From a virus, in IMG/VR virus record IMGVR_UViG_3300028242_000098: 35,301 bases of DNA. The stretch is one strand, 5' to 3'. Numbering within the stretch: position 1 is the first letter of the stretch; each line of letters starts with the position of its first letter. The notes beneath the pieces are model-generated. The model had not been told where the DNA came from. It did no database searches and saw only the letters and a program-made list of their open reading frames with translations. The translations under genes and the position numbers were made by a program. This document shows, in pieces, positions 28,396 to 35,301 of this stretch.

Positions 28396-28702
28396 TCATC
28401 CATTATATTATATTTTTTATTATATTATTTATATAAACCATATAATAAACTTTTGATTATATAAGGACAAAAAAATCATCTGCCCGCCATCCAAATTTTT
28501 TATTTTTTAACCAACCTCATTAATTTCCTATATACTGACACTTGTGAAAATAGAAATTATGAGAAATACATATGAAATAATAAAATAAACAGTCGATAAA
28601 AATAGCAGTTAATAATAAAAGTAATTATTTGATTAATCGTAAAATCAATTATTCGATGCTTTTGAAAAATATAAAAAAAGAGATCAACTGCCAAAGATGC
28701 AG

Positions 28703-30970
28703 TTAATCTGTAATGTCTTCACTTTCCTTTCTCCTGTATCCGACAACCAACAAGATCTCACACACCACTGCAAGTGCAATGAACTTCAAAATATCATCCG
28801 GACCGTTTTCCACAATATTCTTGGTAATCTCATAAGCCTTACTCACATCCTGTGATGCACCACTGCTTCCACCGGCACCGGCAGATGAAGCGGAACTTGA
28901 TGACCTGCCAGATGAGGTCATGCCGTTGACGCTTGGAGTTTCACTTGATGTTGAGTTTTCACTTGCAACCACATCATTATTATATGAGTTGCTAGCTGTC
29001 CCATCATTGTTGAATGAGTTCACGGTTTTTGTATCTGTTCCCTGATTTGTTTTGCGTGACAGGCTTTCACCATTGTCCCCGCTCAGGTCAGGAAAACCTT
29101 TAAAACCATTGTCACCATCAGCACTATCCGGACTATTGAATCCACTAGGAGTATTGCCGCCGGTGTTTATTGAACCTCCGCCATTGCCTCCCGGAAGCAA
29201 AGGATTGCCACCAGGAAATCCCGGCCTTTGAGGAACAATTCCACTGCCGTTAATGACATTGGTTCTGCCGTTGACGTTTTCAGGCGGAACATATACAAAC
29301 GGATCACCGCCATCAACCTCATTGCTTTGATGCTCGAGACCATACTCGAATATTGTGATTACACGGTTTCCTGAAAAATCATTATTCTTATCCTTATCAG
29401 TATCAGCACCAATATTGTCACCACGCTTGAAGGGATCATAATTGGTATCGGCATACTTGTCAGTTCTTACTAGCGTATTGTTGGTCACTGTAGTGTTGTC
29501 GGCATCCAGCATATGTGAAACGTAATAACCGTCACTGATAACAGTATTGTTCACCACCCTGTATGTGTGTGTACTGTCGGTTTTCTGAGAATATGAAATG
29601 CCGTAAAGGTTATCATCCCATTTCACAGCTCCAGTATTGTGGATTTCTATTATGTTGTTCATTATGATGTCATTGTTGTCCTGTGACTCAATACCCGCAA
29701 CCAAAGCCCAGCTGTGATTGCCCGCACGACCAGTCACATTAATGTAGTTGTTGAGAATTGTAATGTAGTTGTCACCATTGAAGTTATGTGAATAAATACC
29801 AATATTTGGACCGTTGCTCTTGGAGTACAAGTTATTGTATCTAATCATTACCCCGCTTGCAGGACCTGTCAACTGTATCGGATAAGCGGTTCCCGCAGCA
29901 TAAGCACCACCATTGGTACCCAGACGAATGCTATTGCCATCAACAAGCAAATCCTTTGCACGATAAACATCCAATGCATAAAGATAATTGGCCTCATCCT
30001 TATAGGTAATATCATCAATCAAAGTAATCACATTATTGGTAACATTGCAATTATTTGAATCACAGATGAATACGCTGTCCAATGTAGGATAAGCGCACTC
30101 GGGCCGGACATTTACATTGGTATTGATAATGTTATTGTTGAATGACAGGTCATCACAGTTGCTGATTCCCACTGCCAGACAGAATTCAGAATCCAAATTA
30201 GCAGTAGTGTCCAGAAATGCAACCGTACGCAAAGGCAACTGAGTATTGACTGTGTTGTTTTCAAATAAAGTATTAGGAGAGTGTTCCAACTTAATACCGT
30301 AAACACGACCACTGCTTGGGTTATTGCCGATTAAGTTTACAGTGCTGTTGGCTATCCGGACATTACGGTTATTCTTGTACTTGGTGCCTTCACTATAAAT
30401 ACCATAGGCATCAGCGTTCAATGGAGCGACGTAGTTGATAACAGTATTGTAAATACCTGCATTGTCGCAATGCCATAACAGGACTGCCGCATAATCATTA
30501 TCCTCAAAGGATTCAGTCACATTCAATACCAGATTGTTTAATGTGACATCATCAGCCTCAATGCTGAAAACAGTATTTTTCAATGTATGATTATTACCGT
30601 AGATAGTGACATTCTTAGCCCTAACGGTCAAAATGCCAAGATCCTCCATATCCTCAGATATGAACAGTTTAGCATCAGAGTAAGTGGACTTAAGCACTCC
30701 CCTTACAAAATAATCATCAACATTATCATTAGTGATATTGATTGTCAAGTCAGCTACATCCGCTTCGCCTACTGCCTGATTAGTGCTGGCATCATCCACA
30801 GTGTCCAATGATGAAACACTAGCAGTTTCATTGGACAAATCCAGAATCGTGTCAGTGACATTATCATCATGAGCTGAAACGGACGTTAATGAAATCACAA
30901 ATATTAACATCAACAGGGATATTTTCAATGAATCTCTTATCTTTCTCACCTCCCACAAAAAATCCATCAA
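28703..30970 (-). CDS. Host adhesin-like surface protein with right-handed beta-helix and C-terminal membrane anchor
   Basis: Signal peptide; NN-I/V beta-helix repeats; G/S/N-rich linker; SKAYEITK...ILKFIALAVVCEILLVVGYRRK. Confidence 0.85.
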   Translation of the reverse strand: MMDFLWEVRKIRDSLKISLLMLIFVISLTSVSAHDDNVTDTILDLSNETASVSSLDTVDDASTNQAVGEADVADLTINITNDNVDDYFVRGVLKSTYSDAKLFISEDMEDLGILTVRAKNVTIYGNNHTLKNTVFSIEADDVTLNNLVLNVTESFEDNDYAAVLLWHCDNAGIYNTVINYVAPLNADAYGIYSEGTKYKNNRNVRIANSTVNLIGNNPSSGRVYGIKLEHSPNTLFENNTVNTQLPLRTVAFLDTTANLDSEFCLAVGISNCDDLSFNNNIINTNVNVRPECAYPTLDSVFICDSNNCNVTNNVITLIDDITYKDEANYLYALDVYRAKDLLVDGNSIRLGTNGGAYAAGTAYPIQLTGPASGVMIRYNNLYSKSNGPNIGIYSHNFNGDNYITILNNYINVTGRAGNHSWALVAGIESQDNNDIIMNNIIEIHNTGAVKWDDNLYGISYSQKTDSTHTYRVVNNTVISDGYYVSHMLDADNTTVTNNTLVRTDKYADTNYDPFKRGDNIGADTDKDKNNDFSGNRVITIFEYGLEHQSNEVDGGDPFVYVPPENVNGRTNVINGSGIVPQRPGFPGGNPLLPGGNGGGSINTGGNTPSGFNSPDSADGDNGFKGFPDLSGDNGESLSRKTNQGTDTKTVNSFNNDGTASNSYNNDVVASENSTSSETPSVNGMTSSGRSSSSASSAGAGGSSGASQDVSKAYEITKNIVENGPDDILKFIALAVVCEILLVVGYRRKESEDITD

Positions 30971-31152
30971 TCATTAAATTTTAATAAAAATATTTTAACA
31001 AAAATTAAAATATGATTTATCTTTTGTTTGAAGGTTAATATATAATTTTGTAAAATGAAATTTACGAAAAAAAAGTTCTTATTTATAAATGAAAAAATTT
31101 CAACAAAATAATCCTAAAAAAAATAAAAAGAATGTGAAGATAAAATCTTCAC

Positions 31153-34100
31153 TTATTTTAATACAATTTTAACTTTCTTAGTTGTTGCCTTATAGTATTT
31201 GTTTCCTTTAAACTTAATAACTGCATTGTATTTGGCTTTTTTGGTTAATTTTTTAACTTTAAATGTAGCCTTACCCTTCTTGTTGGTTTTAGCAGTGTAA
31301 GTTTTTTTACCAATCTTAATGGTGACTTTCACTTTACCGATTGCTTTTTTACCGGATTTTAAAGTGATAGTGTATTTTTTGGTTTTCTTTTTAGCCTTGA
31401 AAGTTTTCTTTTTAGCAGTTATTTTAGATGCTGCCTTGTTGATTTTAACACTTGCGGATCCTTCAGATTTAAGGTATTTGTCATCACCGGCAAATGTGAA
31501 TTTAGCAGTGTATGTTTTTGGAACAAGTTTGGACACATCAACTGAAACCTGACCTTTACTGTCGGTGGTTAAAGTTTTTGAAATGCTTCCCACTTTAACA
31601 GTCACCTTCATACCAGTCAGGATATTTCCAGCCTTGTCTTTTAAGGTGACAACGAGTTTTTTACTTGTAAGATAAACCGCAGTTACCTTGGAAGCACTGA
31701 TGTCAGTAGCGATCTTACTGATTGATAAAGTAGTGTTTTGAACAATCGCAGCGTGATTATCATCACCAGAGTAGCTGATAGTGATATTGTGATTACCAGC
31801 AGGCAAGTTAGCTACAGTAATGCTTGCACTACCATTAACTACTTTTACAGTACCCCATTCCTTACCGTCAACATAGACAGTGAAATTACCCTCAGCACTA
31901 GAATCTAGATTAATGCTGAATGTAGGTGACTGACTGTCCGCCGGAACAGTAATGTTCAATGCCTGATCAGCAGGAACCTCAGCCATATTAACAGTAACAT
32001 TACACTCCCTAAAGACAGAATTATGATTCCTGTCAGGGTTAGCAGTAACTCTTAAGGTGTAATTGCCGACTTTTAAACCTGAAACATTGACAATACCATT
32101 ATCAATAGTGATATTTGCTTCAGGATGATCAACAATAACAGCAGTAAAATTAATTACTCCCTGACTGAAAACACTGCACTGACCCACATTACCATAAACA
32201 TAGTTTACCGGATTTAGAATATTAATATCAGAATCCACCTTATTAACCTTAATGTTAACAGTTTTGCTTATACTAGTATGGTTTTCATCAACTTGAGTAG
32301 TTACTTTTAATGTATAACTACTTGCATCCAAACCAGAAACAGTAATATTACCATTTTCTATTTTAATATTTGCTGTATTATCAACTACCTCAGCAACTAC
32401 ACTTGTTGCATCCTCATAAGATACAGTGGTAGAACCGGATTCACCATAATTGAAAATGATGTCATCACCTAAAGTTAAAGTGGAATTAACCTTATTAACT
32501 TTAATGTTAACTTCTTTGGTTACACCAGTATGGTTTTCATCAGCAACAGTAGTTACTCTTAAAGTATAGTTACCTGCCTTTAAGTTAGATACAGTGATTG
32601 TATTGCCTTGGATAGGAATAGAAGTTCCAGTTTCAACAATAACAGCTTCAACATTTGTAGCACCTGAATAGGATACAGTGGTTGAGCCTGTTTTATTCCA
32701 ATCAAATACAATATCATCTAAAGTTAAAGTGGAATTCACTTTATTGACAGTTACATTAATGTCCTTTTGTGATGCAGTGAACAAATCTGTTTCATTAAAC
32801 TTAGCAGTAACATTATAAGTATCAGCTTTAAGGTTTGCAAATGAAACACTGCCGGAACCCTCTTTGATTTCAGCAATTTTTTCATCATCCCCTAATTTGA
32901 CAGTAATGTTACCGGTGAATCTGGAATCAGTAGTAACAAATACAGTAACATTATTACCCCAATCAACATCATCCGCTTTGACTGTTAAATTGGAATCTGC
33001 TTTAACAACTTCAAATTTAATTAATTTGGATCTTCCCTCACCAGTATTCCAATTATTATTTGAAACACTATTATAATTAGGGTTATTGCTTGTAAATGAC
33101 CATCCTAATGCGTATGTGTCTTTAGCAGCAAATGGAGCATATGTGATAATAACATTATCTCCAGATTTAACCTGAACAGTCTTATCATCAACTATTCTAT
33201 TATTGAAACCACCAGTAAATACTTCTCCTATTTGAATAAGAATTTGCCCGGTTACACCTTCCGGAACAGTTACATTAACTGTAACATTATCCAAAGTAGT
33301 AACATTATTAACTATTACACTAATATTAGGAGTTACTCGGTTGACTGTGAAAGTTCTTGAAACAGTAGTTTCCCCATACTCTTCAGTTGCTAAAACAGTA
33401 ACAGTAACAGTATAAGTACCTGCATCTAAATTATCTAGAACAATACTAGCAGAATTATTTGAAAATTCTTTATTAACTTCTTCTTTAATAATATTATTGC
33501 CTGATTTTACAGTGTATGAAATATTTCCAGACTCCACACTAGAAACTGTAATATTTACAGTAGCATTTTCACCATAACTGATATCACTAGTATTTAATGT
33601 AACATTATGAGAATGTCCAACAACAATATCAGGTATTATAATAGTACAATCACTTAAATAAGTATCAATAAAATCATCAACACCATCTATATTATAAGTA
33701 TCTAAGGTATCGGGAGTAGTAACTGTAGTTTGATAAACTCCATTAGAATATGAAAGTGTACGTTCTTGTTCAAAAATAGTACACTTAATGTTAGGTAAAA
33801 TAATAATATTACCATAATCATCAACTAAAGAAGCATTAATAATCAAATTACTATTTTCTCCTACAGTAACACTTTCTTCACCATTTAAAAAAGTTAATGT
33901 TGCATGTGAACTGAAAACTCCAGAATCTTCGAAAGGATAATAAATATTATAAGACTTATCACAAATAATATTTTCTAAAGTTAAATCACCACTACAAATA
34001 CGAATTAACCCTAAAATCTCATCAGAATCATCATTGAGTATATTATTATTAATAAATGAACAATTATTAATTTTAACTTTATTATCAAAGTCTTCAGTAA

Positions 34101-34833
34101 GATACATTAAACAAGCTGAATAAGTATTTATAAATTTACAATCCTCAAAAATATAATTACCTTCTTCAAAGACGAAATAACCCCAAATATGATTATAATT
34201 TCCTTGGTTTTCAACTAATGTGGAGGAAAATATAATATTTTCAAATTTTAAATCGCAATTAGTAAAATAAAATACACTAGTTTCTGTAAATTTACCTGTA
34301 GGATAAATCTGAGAATCAATTGTTACTTTACCAGGATTATCTGCAATAATCATAACATTGTTCAGATCTTCTGGATAAAGCTCATCTCCAGCATTGAGAG
34401 TATAAATACCATCAAGCATATGAATAACAGTACCTTCGTCAACCTCATATATAATATCTATGAAATTCCCAGGAGCATTAGGAGATGAACCATCATCACT
34501 ACCATCTGGTGAAACATAAACATGATTATAATTGTCAATATCATTTAATAAATTATGTTCATTGCTATTTTCTTTGGAAATAATTTCTGTTGATTTATTT
34601 GATGATTCAGTTGAGTGTACACTATTCATTTGATTTGAGTCATCTTGATAATTTGCATCTGATATAGAAATTGAATTATCATAATCTATTTCAAATGATT
34701 CCGAATTTACATTAGTTTCATTAAGGTCTTTTGCAACAGCAAAATTCAAACTTAATAAAAAAACAATCAGAAGTATAAATAAGATATTTTTATTAAATTT
34801 CATTTTATTCACAATATTCAAAGAAAGTAACAT
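31153..34833 (-). CDS. Host adhesin-like protein with tandem Ig-like repeats and basic C-terminal domain
   Basis: Signal peptide; repeated L.AGxYxVTV/V.V.KVNSTL units; Lys-rich tail typical of Methanobrevibacter adhesin-like proteins. Confidence 0.9.
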   Translation of the reverse strand: MLLSLNIVNKMKFNKNILFILLIVFLLSLNFAVAKDLNETNVNSESFEIDYDNSISISDANYQDDSNQMNSVHSTESSNKSTEIISKENSNEHNLLNDIDNYNHVYVSPDGSDDGSSPNAPGNFIDIIYEVDEGTVIHMLDGIYTLNAGDELYPEDLNNVMIIADNPGKVTIDSQIYPTGKFTETSVFYFTNCDLKFENIIFSSTLVENQGNYNHIWGYFVFEEGNYIFEDCKFINTYSACLMYLTEDFDNKVKINNCSFINNNILNDDSDEILGLIRICSGDLTLENIICDKSYNIYYPFEDSGVFSSHATLTFLNGEESVTVGENSNLIINASLVDDYGNIIILPNIKCTIFEQERTLSYSNGVYQTTVTTPDTLDTYNIDGVDDFIDTYLSDCTIIIPDIVVGHSHNVTLNTSDISYGENATVNITVSSVESGNISYTVKSGNNIIKEEVNKEFSNNSASIVLDNLDAGTYTVTVTVLATEEYGETTVSRTFTVNRVTPNISVIVNNVTTLDNVTVNVTVPEGVTGQILIQIGEVFTGGFNNRIVDDKTVQVKSGDNVIITYAPFAAKDTYALGWSFTSNNPNYNSVSNNNWNTGEGRSKLIKFEVVKADSNLTVKADDVDWGNNVTVFVTTDSRFTGNITVKLGDDEKIAEIKEGSGSVSFANLKADTYNVTAKFNETDLFTASQKDINVTVNKVNSTLTLDDIVFDWNKTGSTTVSYSGATNVEAVIVETGTSIPIQGNTITVSNLKAGNYTLRVTTVADENHTGVTKEVNIKVNKVNSTLTLGDDIIFNYGESGSTTVSYEDATSVVAEVVDNTANIKIENGNITVSGLDASSYTLKVTTQVDENHTSISKTVNIKVNKVDSDINILNPVNYVYGNVGQCSVFSQGVINFTAVIVDHPEANITIDNGIVNVSGLKVGNYTLRVTANPDRNHNSVFRECNVTVNMAEVPADQALNITVPADSQSPTFSINLDSSAEGNFTVYVDGKEWGTVKVVNGSASITVANLPAGNHNITISYSGDDNHAAIVQNTTLSISKIATDISASKVTAVYLTSKKLVVTLKDKAGNILTGMKVTVKVGSISKTLTTDSKGQVSVDVSKLVPKTYTAKFTFAGDDKYLKSEGSASVKINKAASKITAKKKTFKAKKKTKKYTITLKSGKKAIGKVKVTIKIGKKTYTAKTNKKGKATFKVKKLTKKAKYNAVIKFKGNKYYKATTKKVKIVLK

Positions 34834-34962
34834 TAATATTTAAAAAAAATAATATTTTGGAGTTTTAAAATAAAAAAACTCCACTAAAATACATTTTCCT
34901 ATAAATAAACCATTAATGCTCTTTTGTTTATTTTTAACAATCTTATGTGTTTAATCACAAGC

Positions 34963-35301
34963 TTAAATGTAGTATAAAGAATTATCCATTGCACCAAAGT
35001 ATACAGTACCATCATTACCGACTGTGATACCTCCTGTAATCGCAGAACCAACATCAGAAGCCCAAACTAAACTATTTCTAAGAGATAAATTCAATTTTGC
35101 AACATCAAAAGCCCATAAAATACCATTATTATCTCCTATATAGAGTTTATTATTATAATATGCCATTGCAGTTGTGATTGGGTTAATGTTAAAACTGGTT
35201 TTACTACAAGATAAAGAAGAGGTATTATAATTAGCATGATAAATATAACTATTCTCATCTACAGTATAAACATTACCATTATAATCACTAACCAACATAT
35301 T
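34963..35301 (-). CDS. C-terminal part of a PQQ-like beta-propeller protein (runs off the window end)
   Basis: KLYIGDNNGILWAFD and ITVGNDGTVYFGAMDNSLY propeller-blade motifs. Confidence 0.7.
   Translation of the reverse strand, partial: NMLVSDYNGNVYTVDENSYIYHANYNTSSLSCSKTSFNINPITTAMAYYNNKLYIGDNNGILWAFDVAKLNLSLRNSLVWASDVGSAITGGITVGNDGTVYFGAMDNSLYYI

Noticed and set aside
28474-28493. tRNA 3'-fragment att site (AAATCATCTGCCCGCCATCCA)
   Set aside because: Spacing loosely fits a T-arm plus acceptor stem, but TTC is absent, the implied acceptor matches no archaeal tRNA I recognise, and no second copy is in the window.
32100-32800. Nucleotide repeats in the large adhesin gene
   Set aside because: Explained by ordinary tandem Ig-like domain duplication.

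Overview
AT-rich DNA from a pseudomurein-walled methanogen (Methanobacteriales, Methanobrevibacter-like), judged from the Pei endoisopeptidase, the adhesin-like proteins and GGAGG/GGTGA ribosome-binding sites. About 0.9-28.4 kb is an integrated HK97-type head-forming viral element and 28.7-35.3 kb is host surface-protein genes. The + strand early arm holds micro-ORFs, an annealase, a possible SSB, an AAA+ helicase and a candidate origin. The - strand arm holds a portal, protease/scaffold, two tandem major capsid paralogues, three decoration-protein paralogues, a glycosyltransferase, a collagen-fibre cluster, Pei endolysin, TerS and TerL, interrupted by three toxin-antitoxin modules. No tail tape-measure, tail-tube or integrase gene is recognisable in the window. 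The strongest lead is the fibre cluster. A small module that is intact inside one collagen protein is split at the same point across gene boundaries (C-terminal socket, N-terminal plug), which suggests plug-and-socket, possibly self-extending and glycosylated fibres anchored on a capsid decoration protein. Other leads are two tandem structured sRNA genes with strand-diagnostic G-U pairs, a GC-rich hairpin cluster, and cargo cassettes flanked by diverged direct repeats, one of them a terL relic. All protein calls come from motif recognition by eye; no searches were run.
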